Source: Candidatus Cloacimonadota bacterium (lineage in GTDB: Bacteria; Cloacimonadota; Cloacimonadia; Cloacimonadales; WRIO01). From it: 15,378 nt of DNA. A program made the translations under genes and the position numbers. This document shows, piece by piece, positions 1-9,262 of the stretch (its first letter is position 1; each line of letters starts with the position of its first letter). The stretch is taken from the NCBI GenBank assembly GCA_029564175.1, contig JAKQQL010000044.1, positions 1 to 15,378 on the forward strand, read 5' to 3'. Below the pieces are notes generated by a model. That model was not told the origin of the DNA. It saw nothing but the letters and a program-made list of their open reading frames with translations, and did no database searches.

Positions 1-2
1 AC

Positions 3-68
3 GGCTGACGCCCCTTTATACAGTTTTACTCTCTACTTTTCTATTAAGAACACAGGGCTAACGCCCCT
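3..68. repeat. Two REP-like GC-rich mini-hairpin direct repeats (probably truncated by the window edge)
   Basis: GGCTGACGCCCCT (3-15) and GGCTAACGCCCCT (56-68) are 12/13 identical. The second folds GGGC-TAAC-GCCC (55-66). Both are GC-rich in an AT-rich background. Confidence 0.5.
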
Positions 69-260
69 AAATCTGATTAAATACATTCTCCGCACTCTCC
101 GCTATTCCGCATGATAATCGCATTGAAGACCACTAGATTGATTTCCCTTAAATCCTATAATAATTATTAGTTTTCTCCAAGATTGAAAAGACTAAGAAAT
201 GAGAAAGTATTTGTTTTTATAAGAAAATAGAGTATATTGTTATAAGGAGATGTTAAATAG

Positions 261-812
261 ATGAGAGTATATTTTAAAAAGAAAGTACATGATTATCCGA
301 AAAGAGCAGGTGATTGTTATCTGGCATGGTACAATCAGGGGAATATTTGCATCCTCAAAAAGAAACCGGTTTTTGTCTGCCAGTCACAACATCTCAATAT
401 ACAGACAATCAATCAAATTAGTTTGAAGTTGTGGGCAGAACAAAGTCAGAGATTTAAAAAGGATATGGCTGAATATGCCAAGCGCTATAAGAAAAAGTAT
501 CCAGGCCTCAGAAAAAGAGGAATTTCTGCTTACTCAGCTTTTTTGATGGTTGTTCATGCACTGATTAGGCGTTTTCATATTCAATATGAAAATCATGAGA
601 ACGCGATAAATATCATGTCCACGCTGATAAAAACGCTTTCGGTTAAGAAAGCGATAAGGTTAAGACTGATTAAACCTGTCTCTGATGCTTATCAACTCAA
701 TCAATCAGCCGGAAATGATCAACACGTTTTGTATATCCATCATGAAAAATCAATCGTAACAAAAGAAATGATGATGTTTGAAGAAAAGCAACAAGCATGG
801 TATTATCCATAA
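261..812 (+). CDS. Hypothetical basic protein, 183 aa
   Basis: ORF with SD AGGAGA at 245-250. Lys/Arg-rich (AKRYKKKYPGLRKRG), no signal peptide, no recognisable catalytic motif. Confidence 0.65.
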   Translation: MRVYFKKKVHDYPKRAGDCYLAWYNQGNICILKKKPVFVCQSQHLNIQTINQISLKLWAEQSQRFKKDMAEYAKRYKKKYPGLRKRGISAYSAFLMVVHALIRRFHIQYENHENAINIMSTLIKTLSVKKAIRLRLIKPVSDAYQLNQSAGNDQHVLYIHHEKSIVTKEMMMFEEKQQAWYYP

Positions 813-856
813 CCATTATGTTTTTCATTCTTAACTCCCACTTCACTACATTACGT

Positions 857-905
857 TGCAAGTCAAGCTCTCTCAGATATCATTTTTAACTTGCACACAG
901 TTTTG
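857..905 (+). terminator. Possible intrinsic terminator / inverted repeat after the 261..812 ORF
   Basis: TGCAAGTCAA (857-866) pairs with TTAACTTGCA (886-895) with one mismatch and a 19-nt loop. A short T-run follows at 901-904. Confidence 0.3.
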
Positions 906-955
906 TCTCCTTATAAGCCAGGTAATCATTGTAAAAATCTTTTCAGAAATGCTAC

Positions 956-991
956 TTGACAGAAGTCAGCTTTAATTCATTTTGGTATAAT
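956..991 (+). promoter_or_regulatory. Putative sigma70 promoter region for the kdsC-lptC-lptA operon
   Basis: Perfect extended -10 TGGTATAAT at 983-991. TTGACA at 956-961 lies 24 bp upstream of TATAAT, too far to be its -35. Confidence 0.55.
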
Positions 992-1008
992 AAGGGATAA
1001 AAGACGAT

Positions 1009-1551
1009 ATGAATGATATTAATAAGATTAAAATAATAGTTTTAGATTGTGATGGTGTACTCACTGATGGTAAGATAACATACGATAATAATCAGCTGGA
1101 ATTAAAAAGCTTTTCAGCGCATGACGGCTTAGGTGTTAAAATACTCAGTTTTTCAGATATAAAAGTCGCTGTTGTAACCGGAAGAGAATCTCAGTGTTTG
1201 GCAAAGCGTTGTGATGATTTAAAGATAACTTTGCTTTATCAGGCAATCAGTAATAAGCGAAAGACGATTGAAAGCATATTAGCAGAACATCATCTGGAAT
1301 GGGAAAATGTTGCCTATATGGGTGATGACTGGAATGACTGGCCTGCCATGAAGAAATCCGGATTAAAAACCGCTCCTGCCAATGCCAACAATGCGATTAA
1401 AGAACGAGTGGACTGGATAGCCCCGCGAAATGGGGGAGATGGCGCAGTCAGAGATTTAATTGATTATATTTTAAAGAAACAGGGAAAATATGAAAGCTGT
1501 GTTGAGAAATTTCTCATTCATCTGGATGCTGATATCTCTTGCATTAATTAG
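1009..1551 (+). CDS. kdsC: 3-deoxy-D-manno-octulosonate 8-phosphate phosphatase (HAD superfamily, KdsC)
   Basis: HAD motif I IVLDCDGVLTDG, KdsC-typical DGLG, VTGR, AYMGDDWND and GGDGAVRDLIDYIL. Directly upstream of lptC/lptA-like genes, the conserved kdsC-lptC-lptA order. Confidence 0.93.
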   Translation: MNDINKIKIIVLDCDGVLTDGKITYDNNQLELKSFSAHDGLGVKILSFSDIKVAVVTGRESQCLAKRCDDLKITLLYQAISNKRKTIESILAEHHLEWENVAYMGDDWNDWPAMKKSGLKTAPANANNAIKERVDWIAPRNGGDGAVRDLIDYILKKQGKYESCVEKFLIHLDADISCIN

Positions 1552-2044
1552 TGCCTGCGATTTATCCACCAATATACAGGTCAATACAGGCGGAAAAGAT
1601 CTGCCTGCAACCGAAATTATTGATTCTGTTTTTATCGTTGCCACTAATGGTGAAGCGCTTGACTGGAAGCTAAATGCTAAAAAAGTAGAAAGATACCCGG
1701 ATAGTCAGGTTTGGAAAGCCTGGATAGTTCGTTTTGAATCTTTGCCTCCAGATCAATCACAAAAGACAATTATGACCTGCAATGAAGCGCAGATCGATGA
1801 GATTTCAAATGTCATTACCGGAAAAGGAAATGTCGAAATTAAATCACCAAATGGTTATTTAAGAACAGAGTTACTAATATTTAACCGCTTTTCCAATGAG
1901 TTGAATGCCCCTCAGTATGTTTATATGGAAAGAGGTGGGAATGTCATCAAAGGAACAGGCTTAACAACAAATATCAATTTCGATTATGTTAATTTACAGA
2001 AAGTTAGCGGGCAGGGCTCAGGCAGTGAATCATTGTTTGAATAA
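1490..2044 (+). CDS. lptC: LPS export periplasmic protein LptC-like, predicted lipoprotein
   Basis: Lies between kdsC and an OstA-like gene. Beta-jellyroll-type sequence (GKGNVEIKS...LRTELLIFN...IKGTGLTTN). N-terminal hydrophobic stretch ends in lipobox-like LISAC. Overlaps the kdsC 3' end by 62 nt. Confidence 0.78.
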   Translation: MKAVLRNFSFIWMLISLALISACDLSTNIQVNTGGKDLPATEIIDSVFIVATNGEALDWKLNAKKVERYPDSQVWKAWIVRFESLPPDQSQKTIMTCNEAQIDEISNVITGKGNVEIKSPNGYLRTELLIFNRFSNELNAPQYVYMERGGNVIKGTGLTTNINFDYVNLQKVSGQGSGSESLFE

Positions 2045-3137
2045 GCTTATTTCAGGGCTGCTTGTGATAATGGCATTATGTCTGCCATCTTTTTTGCCGG
2101 CACAGGTTAATAAACCCGAGCAGAGACAGTATCGTCTTATAAACGCTGATCAGCTTCAAATGAATAAATACATGAATGAATATGTGACCAATCTCAGAGG
2201 AAATGTTGTCTTTTATTATGGCAAAACTCAATTTAAGGCAGATCAGGCAGAAATTTTTGATCAGCAAAAAACAGTTATATTGAGAGGAAATGTCCGGATA
2301 AAAGAAGATACGTTGACGTTTTATGCAGATAATGCTTATTATTATCGTAATGATGAATACATTAAAGCCTTTGGGCGATGTAAGGTTCGTGAAGATCATA
2401 AAGACAATACATATCGTGAATTGATGGCACACCAGATGGAGTTTTACCGCAATCGCGGAGATCTCTATGCCAATGACAATGTCGTACTATATGAACAAAA
2501 AGATAATTTACATGCCAAAAGCGGATATGCTGAGTATAATCTGAATACAGGCTATGGCTATCTGATTCGAAACCCCTTGATTTGGCAGAAAGCAAAAGAT
2601 GATTCTTTGAGTATTAAAGCCGAAAAAATTGAGTTTTTTAAACAGACTGGGAAAATGATAGCCTCATTTGATGTCGTTACTAAAAGTAAAGATATGCACT
2701 CTAAGAGTGACTTTTTAGTGTATTATATGAACGAAGGCAAGGCGCAGTATTTTGGTAAGCCAATGCTTTTCTCAGATTTTGGAGATGCTCAGGCAGAAAA
2801 TATCTCCGTCTTTTTTAAAGATAATAAAATTTCTCATGCCCACATGCAGGATTCATGTAAAATCGTATTTGCTGAAGAGAAAAATAAAGAAAAAAATAAC
2901 TGGATTGCCAGCGATCAGATTGAAGTAAAATGGGAAAATGACAAGCTGAGTTATTTTGCTGCAAAAGAAAATGTCAGATCTTATATTTTGCAGGCTCAGA
3001 AGAAAAAACAGCTGCCGATGAATAATTATGCTACCGCAAAAGAACTACAGATCAGCTTTGACGAAAATCAAAAAATTGATAAAATTAACTTAAAATCACA
3101 AGTTAAAGGAAAATATGCATTCAAACGTAAAAAATAA
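2025..3137 (+). CDS. Long LptA/LptD-N (OstA-like) beta-jellyroll periplasmic protein
   Basis: Repeated OstA-like units (INADQL...LRGNVVF...FKADQA; LRGNVRI...FYADNA; ANDNVVL; ASDQIEV...AKENVRS). The track start is 1986, but GTG 2025 (or TTG 2037) gives a normal signal peptide (..NKLISGLLVIMALCLPSFLPA-Q) and a smaller overlap with lptC. Confidence 0.75.
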   Translation: MNHCLNKLISGLLVIMALCLPSFLPAQVNKPEQRQYRLINADQLQMNKYMNEYVTNLRGNVVFYYGKTQFKADQAEIFDQQKTVILRGNVRIKEDTLTFYADNAYYYRNDEYIKAFGRCKVREDHKDNTYRELMAHQMEFYRNRGDLYANDNVVLYEQKDNLHAKSGYAEYNLNTGYGYLIRNPLIWQKAKDDSLSIKAEKIEFFKQTGKMIASFDVVTKSKDMHSKSDFLVYYMNEGKAQYFGKPMLFSDFGDAQAENISVFFKDNKISHAHMQDSCKIVFAEEKNKEKNNWIASDQIEVKWENDKLSYFAAKENVRSYILQAQKKKQLPMNNYATAKELQISFDENQKIDKINLKSQVKGKYAFKRKK

Positions 3138-3222
3138 GAGAATAACAGTATCCAAAATAAATATGTTTAAATCTATATTTATCAATAAAATAGAAAATAA
3201 AACGATATTTAACTTTTTTTTA

Positions 3223-3268
3223 TTGACTTATTTTTTTCTGTTCATTTATAATGCATTCAAATTGGAGG
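3223..3268 (+). promoter_or_regulatory. sigma70 promoter and RBS for the 3273-10842 operon
   Basis: TTGACT (3223-3228), 18-bp spacer, TATAAT (3247-3252). SD GGAGG at 3264-3268 precedes ATG 3273. Confidence 0.75.
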
Positions 3269-3272
3269 TTAT

Positions 3273-5795
3273 ATGCCAAAATATGTAAAATATCTGTTTT
3301 TCATTGAGCGAGAGTTCCATATTGTTCTTTTATTACCCTTGATTCAGTATATCCATGATAAGGGTTTAGGACAACTGGCAATCTACAACATGAGTCCAGA
3401 ACAGAGCCAGTTTAACATCTCCAATTTTGGTCTTCGTAAGAATGTTTTAGATAAATACCTTGATTTTCAGGTAGAACAAATTCAAAACCCATTAGAATAT
3501 GCACCAGATATCACGTTTATGGCAGATTTTTCCTATCAGTATGTAGAAGGGCTTGGTAAGATTGTAAATATCGGTCATGGAACAATTTCCAAAGGCTGGT
3601 ATTATTCTAAAAAGTCAATCAGTGTTCGCGAAAACTGTGCTGATTTACTCTGTGTGCCAGGCAATATTCATCTGAAACAACTAGAAAGTCAAGTCAAAAT
3701 ACCAATTGAAGTAACCGGTATGCCAAAGCTGGATAAGGTTTTTTCCGGAACGCTGAAAAAGGAAGAAATTCTTGCCAAAATGAATTTGAATCCAAATAAT
3801 AAAACGGTTTTGTTAGCGCCTACATTTAATGATGAATTTAGTCTGATTCCCTATCTGACAGAACCGATCAGAAAATATATCCCTGAATATCTGAACCTGA
3901 TTATAAAACTGCATGGTGTAACACCCGGACAGATACGAAATGCGTTTAAGCAAATAGCTGAAACAAACGTAAACGTTTGTCTGTGTGAGGATTATGATAT
4001 CAGTGAAAGCTTTGCTGTATCTGATATCTTAATATCAGACGTTTCTTCAGTTATTTACGAATTTCTGGCAATGCATAAACCCGTGATTTTGTTTGACAGT
4101 CCAAAGCAAAAACAATACCCCAATTTTAATGCTGAAGATATCGAATATCAATTCCGTGATGTCGGTTATCGTTTTTCTCATCCGAACAAGATTGCAGAGC
4201 TTTTATTCCGCAGTCTGACTGAAAAACGCGATGAAAGTATCAATGACATAGCAGATAATTTTATCAGTGTCAGAGATGGTTCTTCTACAGAACGGGTGAT
4301 ACATGCCGCAAACGCATTGCTTGAAACAGACCTAAAAAGAGATTTACATCTGGTTTTAATAGATGAAAACGAAGAAAACACACAGCATATCATTGCTCGT
4401 TTTAAAGACCGTTTTCATATCTCTGTGATTTCAGATAAGACATACGAAGGCGTTTCACAATATACTCAGAAACCACTGATCAGAAGTTTAAAAGAAATCG
4501 TTGAAAAGATAGATGAAAATAAGCTGTTTGTACACCATACTCGTTTTGACATGAGTCCTCAGATGCCTAATTTTATGAATGCCCATTTGATGCTTCATGA
4601 CAAGACAGGGCTGGCAGTCCCTTTGGTGTTAAATGACGAGATCACTTACCAGCAGGCAAAGTTAAGAGTGGTTTTGAATGAAGAGTTTAGTACTAAAACG
4701 ATGGCATTACAGTTGACCTATTCTTTTGCAGGCCAGAGTCTGGAAATCCCTTATGCAGAACCGCTAAGTTTTGCGCTTGCAAAGTCTGCTATTACTTCTA
4801 CTGATTTTGATGAAAATAACAATGAGTATAGCTGGAAGCTGCTATTGGCAAAGCTTGCTAAGGAACAGTTAAAGATTTCTCTGGCATTTGATTCAATGAT
4901 TTATCCTTATACACCTCAGGTAATCAAAACAAAACCAGTAATTCAGCCGAATAAAGTAACCAGTGAGATTAGTTCTTTTGATTATCAGGAGAATGAAGAA
5001 TTACTGAAACAACGTTTATCGGAAAATCCATTTGATGAAAAGAGAATCCTTGATCTAATCAGCTATTATTACCGTAACAAAATGTGGGATAGTGTGGATG
5101 TCTATTCTGATATGCTTTCCGGCGATTATCAGGCAGTTTGGTATGCTATCAGAAGCCTTGAAGAACAAAATCATGTGGAAAAAGCTTTTGATAAACTGGA
5201 CAAGTTCTCTTATCAAAATATTAGTGATAAGACCTGGCGTGCAAAATGGTATGCCCTTAAGGGGAAATTACTCATTAAATTAAATCGTGCAGATGAAGCG
5301 AAACATTTTATTGAAAAAGCCATAGAAATAGATGCTCATTTGGCTGAGGCATTACTAGCAAGAGCTGCCTGGTATCTAATCAACAATAATATGGCAGAAT
5401 CAGAAAAAGATTATCAAAGTATTTTGCAGGATGACCCAGAAAATCGATATGCACTGTTAGGCTTAGGTGTTCTTAAACAATTCTCTTATGATTTTATAAC
5501 AGCAGAGCAATATTTCAAAGCAGTATTAAAAATTAATGATGAGGATATGGAAGGTTTAAATGGTCTTGTAAAATGTGCATGGCATACAAAGAACTTTGAA
5601 TCTGCAGAAAATGCCTTGACCACTTATCTGGAATATCATCCGGCAAAACTGGATATTCTCTTTACATTATCTGGTATTTATTATGAACAGAAGAAATTTT
5701 CTCAGGCTTTAGCTCAACTGGATAAGATATTCCTGTTTGATGAGGATTTCCCAGGTGCAAGAGAATTGTACCAAAGAATAAAACAAAATTTTTAA
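3273..5795 (+). CDS. CDP-glycerol glycerophosphotransferase (TagB/TagF-like, GT-B) fused to a central domain and C-terminal TPR repeats
   Basis: Family motifs NIGHG, TGMPKLD, VLLAPTF, IIKLHG, SDILISDVSSVIYEFL..KPVILF, DGSSTERVI in the first ~350 aa. TPR patterns in the C-terminal part (ALKGKLL..LNRADEAKHFIEKAIEID; ALLGLGVL..AEQYFKAVLKIN). Confidence 0.8.
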   Translation: MPKYVKYLFFIEREFHIVLLLPLIQYIHDKGLGQLAIYNMSPEQSQFNISNFGLRKNVLDKYLDFQVEQIQNPLEYAPDITFMADFSYQYVEGLGKIVNIGHGTISKGWYYSKKSISVRENCADLLCVPGNIHLKQLESQVKIPIEVTGMPKLDKVFSGTLKKEEILAKMNLNPNNKTVLLAPTFNDEFSLIPYLTEPIRKYIPEYLNLIIKLHGVTPGQIRNAFKQIAETNVNVCLCEDYDISESFAVSDILISDVSSVIYEFLAMHKPVILFDSPKQKQYPNFNAEDIEYQFRDVGYRFSHPNKIAELLFRSLTEKRDESINDIADNFISVRDGSSTERVIHAANALLETDLKRDLHLVLIDENEENTQHIIARFKDRFHISVISDKTYEGVSQYTQKPLIRSLKEIVEKIDENKLFVHHTRFDMSPQMPNFMNAHLMLHDKTGLAVPLVLNDEITYQQAKLRVVLNEEFSTKTMALQLTYSFAGQSLEIPYAEPLSFALAKSAITSTDFDENNNEYSWKLLLAKLAKEQLKISLAFDSMIYPYTPQVIKTKPVIQPNKVTSEISSFDYQENEELLKQRLSENPFDEKRILDLISYYYRNKMWDSVDVYSDMLSGDYQAVWYAIRSLEEQNHVEKAFDKLDKFSYQNISDKTWRAKWYALKGKLLIKLNRADEAKHFIEKAIEIDAHLAEALLARAAWYLINNNMAESEKDYQSILQDDPENRYALLGLGVLKQFSYDFITAEQYFKAVLKINDEDMEGLNGLVKCAWHTKNFESAENALTTYLEYHPAKLDILFTLSGIYYEQKKFSQALAQLDKIFLFDEDFPGARELYQRIKQNF

Positions 5796-5822
5796 GAAAA
5801 ATAAAAAAGAAGGAGAGTGAAT

Positions 5823-8612
5823 ATGAAGTATATGAAACTGTTGACTATCGGTTTCATCGTTGCACTGATGCTATCAATTGGCATATCAGACAATAGCCTG
5901 CATGCTGCATCTATGACAGTAACCGGCTTAAAAGTACTTGATATACCATACGATGATGGTAGTGGTTTACAAATTCAATGGCAACCTTTACCGAAAGAAA
6001 GTCGTATCATTAGTTACCGTGTATATCGTGGTACAACAAAAGACACTTTGTTTTTCATAGGTGAAATTCCTGTTAATGTCAAAACAGGCGTTAGTTCTAC
6101 AACTATGAATTATTATGACAAAGATTTCAATGAATTCTTAGACTTACGTTCCCCTGCAAAATTAAAAAAAGAAAAAAATGTAAGTGAAAAGAGTCCTTTT
6201 TATCAAAAGATTCCAAAAGATATAAAAATTGTCGGACCAATGTTGTCTCAATATTCAATCTTAGGTATTATTGCAAAAGATGATTTTTATTATAAAACGA
6301 CTAAAGTCGAATTAACTGAAAAAGATGAAAAGCAGGTTTATGCTGGCTTGAAGTCAAATCAGATTACTTTAGTAAAAAAACTCATTCCTGGTAACAAATA
6401 TTACTATTCTGTAATTGCAGTGGATGAAAAACGTAATTTCTGGCCAGCTGACAAAATTGTTTCTGGACAACCAGTTGACAATGAACCTTCAAAACCTGTT
6501 GATGTATATGCTACCTATGTACAGGAAACTGGAACTATCAGCTTTGAATGGAATCATCCATTATATTATGATGATTTAAACTCTTACAAAATCTATGCAA
6601 TGGTTGATGGTATGCCTGCACCTGGCGTAAAAATCTATGAAACTAAAACTCCTCAGCCTTACACTGCACCTGATTATGCTGTTATCAAACTGGTTAATAA
6701 CCAGGTTATAGCAAAAACAGGTCAGATCCTTTTTGATTTTAATAAGATACCTGTTGATAAATGTAAATTTATCCTTTCTTTTAACGATTATTCAAACATT
6801 GAAACAAAATCTGACCCTATCATGGCAACAATTATTTCTAAAAATGACTTACCTGCAATTCCTCGTTTAGAAATCAGTGATAAAACCAATGACAAAGGTG
6901 ATTATAACACCATGTCATGGGGAAAACCAGTTGCTTATATCAACTCAGTTCAAATCATTAATAAAAATAAGATTCAGTTGAGTTATGATTTTGTTACTAA
7001 TAAAAACTACAAAGTAAATCAGATATACTTTGATGTTTATGACAACAATAATCAGCTGATTAAGAGTGTGAATGAATTCTATCAGGATAAGATCTTCAAA
7101 ATCAGTCTTAGTAAATCTCTCGAAGAACAGAAAGAACTGATTGTAAAAATGTACTTTAAGTACAACGGACAACTTGATAAAGAATATGTTCTTGAACAAA
7201 AGCTGACTTATGACCCAATTATCTTAACCCTTCGACCTGGTAAAGTAAGTGTAGCAAATCGTGTTCTTGAAGATTATTCATTTACTTTAATGAAAGCACC
7301 TCAGTCAACAGAACTTTTCCGTGTGATTAAAAGAGTCTCCGGAATTGAAAGAGAAGCTGATGATAAAGTCGCTTATGAATCTTCAATTTTCAAAGGTGTT
7401 TCTAAATTTGATCTTAAAAACAACGTATTTTTGGTTGATACCAATATTGATGTTGCCTGGGATAAAGCCGGTAAATCAACTATTAATACTTCTATCTATG
7501 TGTCTGAAATGAATAAGCAGGCAGATAAATTGAAAAAACAGATTGCTGAAATTGATTCATTAGTGAATAATGCAACTGATCCTGCTCAGAAAGATTATTA
7601 TGCAGGTTATCTGACTAAATTCAAAAACGATCTGGCTGCATTAGAAAACAGTGAAATACTAAAAAAAGTAAATGCTGTTACAGATGAAAAGGCAAGAATG
7701 AAGTTAATCGCTTCAATTCGTGAAGTGGATAAACGCCTCTTTAATTACTTTATGATCATGAGTAATGGTAAGGGCTATGTAGTTGAAGATTCTCTGAATA
7801 TGAAAGATGGAGAATTTGAATATGTATTGCCAGTTGCCAATTGGTTTAATACAGATAAATCAGCTACTTTGATTGCTTCTTTACTCTTTGGTTTATTAGT
7901 ATTTATCTTTGTTCATCTTGCAAGAAGAGGTAAAGATCTTTATATCAGACCAATTGCGGGTATTGATGAAATTGACAATGCGATTGGCCGTGCGACAGAA
8001 ATGGGTCGTCCGATCTTATTCTGCCCTGGTCTTTCTGGTATTGGAGATGTAGCAACACTTGCTGGTCTTTCAATTCTTGGTCGTATTGCTAAGAAAGCAG
8101 CTGAATATGATACACGTATTCTGGTTCCTTGCCGTGACTATATCGTGATTCCTATTGCTCAGGAAATTGTTCGTGAAGCACATTACGAAGCAGGTCGTCC
8201 AGACAGCTTTGATAAAAACAATATCTTCTTCGTATCTGATCAGCAGTTCGCTTATGTAGCTGGTGTTAATGGTGTGATGATTCGTGAAAAAACTGCAACC
8301 AACTTCTATATGGGTATGTTCTATGCAGAATCACTTATTATGACAGAAACCGGTAATACTACTGGCGCAATTCAGATTGCAGGTACAGACGCTGTTACTC
8401 AGATTCCATTCTTTATCACCACTTGTGACTATACACTGATTGGTGAAGAGTTATATGCGGCTTCCGCTTATCTGGCTCGTCAGCCATTAATGCTTGGTAC
8501 ACTTAAAGCTCAGGATTATGCAAAATTCTTTATTCTGTTATTCCTGGTTTTAGGCACATTGTTATCAAGTTTCCACATTACAACAATTATTAAATTATTT
8601 CCAAATAAATAG
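5823..8612 (+). CDS. Membrane-anchored protein: signal peptide, FN3-like ectodomain, TM, DUF6754-like domain, C-terminal TM (paralog 1)
   Basis: Signal peptide (..ALMLSIGISDNSLHA). FN3 strands (LQIQW, SYRVYRG, YYYSVIAVDE). TM LIASLLFGLLVFIFVHL. Conserved IRPIAG..AIGRATEMGRP..DYTLIGEELYAASAYL, recognised from memory as DUF6754. SD AGGAG 5811-5815 favours ATG 5823 over the track start GTG 5817. Confidence 0.8.
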   Translation: MKYMKLLTIGFIVALMLSIGISDNSLHAASMTVTGLKVLDIPYDDGSGLQIQWQPLPKESRIISYRVYRGTTKDTLFFIGEIPVNVKTGVSSTTMNYYDKDFNEFLDLRSPAKLKKEKNVSEKSPFYQKIPKDIKIVGPMLSQYSILGIIAKDDFYYKTTKVELTEKDEKQVYAGLKSNQITLVKKLIPGNKYYYSVIAVDEKRNFWPADKIVSGQPVDNEPSKPVDVYATYVQETGTISFEWNHPLYYDDLNSYKIYAMVDGMPAPGVKIYETKTPQPYTAPDYAVIKLVNNQVIAKTGQILFDFNKIPVDKCKFILSFNDYSNIETKSDPIMATIISKNDLPAIPRLEISDKTNDKGDYNTMSWGKPVAYINSVQIINKNKIQLSYDFVTNKNYKVNQIYFDVYDNNNQLIKSVNEFYQDKIFKISLSKSLEEQKELIVKMYFKYNGQLDKEYVLEQKLTYDPIILTLRPGKVSVANRVLEDYSFTLMKAPQSTELFRVIKRVSGIEREADDKVAYESSIFKGVSKFDLKNNVFLVDTNIDVAWDKAGKSTINTSIYVSEMNKQADKLKKQIAEIDSLVNNATDPAQKDYYAGYLTKFKNDLAALENSEILKKVNAVTDEKARMKLIASIREVDKRLFNYFMIMSNGKGYVVEDSLNMKDGEFEYVLPVANWFNTDKSATLIASLLFGLLVFIFVHLARRGKDLYIRPIAGIDEIDNAIGRATEMGRPILFCPGLSGIGDVATLAGLSILGRIAKKAAEYDTRILVPCRDYIVIPIAQEIVREAHYEAGRPDSFDKNNIFFVSDQQFAYVAGVNGVMIREKTATNFYMGMFYAESLIMTETGNTTGAIQIAGTDAVTQIPFFITTCDYTLIGEELYAASAYLARQPLMLGTLKAQDYAKFFILLFLVLGTLLSSFHITTIIKLFPNK

Positions 8613-8620
8613 GAGGATAG

Positions 8621-9247
8621 ATGAAACGCACATTACCGCTTGCGATAGTCATCATACTTGGCTTTCTTTTCGTAGGATATGTCTTTGTACCTCATAAAAT
8701 CTCACAGGATTTTTATGACTGGTATATGGAATGGATGAAAGCAATGTCACCATTTGGTGTGATCTTAGGTATTATGAGTATTACTATGACTCATACAGCA
8801 CGTATTCAGCATAAAGTGCCAAACTGGCAGTATTCTATTGTAACCCTTATTGCTATGATATTTACAGCTTATGCTGGTTTCCAGTGGGGAACTCAGGAAG
8901 GTACACCTTACATGTGGTTGTTTAAAAACGTACAAATGCCGATGGGTGCAACCATGTTCTCATTATTGGCATTCTATATTGCTTCTGCTTCTTACAAGGC
9001 ATTCCGTGCTCGTTCAGCTGAAGCAACTGTTCTTTTATTAGCTGCGATTATCGTGATGCTTGGACAGGTGCCAATTGGTGTCAGTATGTTTGGTGAAGGC
9101 ATCAATGATATTACCCAGTGGATCTTAAACGTGCCAAACCTTGCTTCTAAACGTGGTATTGCGTTAGGCGTTGGTCTTGGTATGGTGGCAACTTCACTCA
9201 GAATCCTCCTTGGTATTGAAAGAACATACCTTGGTGGCGGTGAATAA
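8621..9247 (+). CDS. Uncharacterised polytopic membrane protein, 208 aa (DUF6754-associated)
   Basis: About six hydrophobic segments. SD AGGAGG 8611-8616 overlaps the upstream stop codon. Gly-rich C-terminal helix RGIALGVGLG. Confidence 0.85.
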   Translation: MKRTLPLAIVIILGFLFVGYVFVPHKISQDFYDWYMEWMKAMSPFGVILGIMSITMTHTARIQHKVPNWQYSIVTLIAMIFTAYAGFQWGTQEGTPYMWLFKNVQMPMGATMFSLLAFYIASASYKAFRARSAEATVLLLAAIIVMLGQVPIGVSMFGEGINDITQWILNVPNLASKRGIALGVGLGMVATSLRILLGIERTYLGGGE

Positions 9248-9262
9248 GAAAGGAGTATGTAA

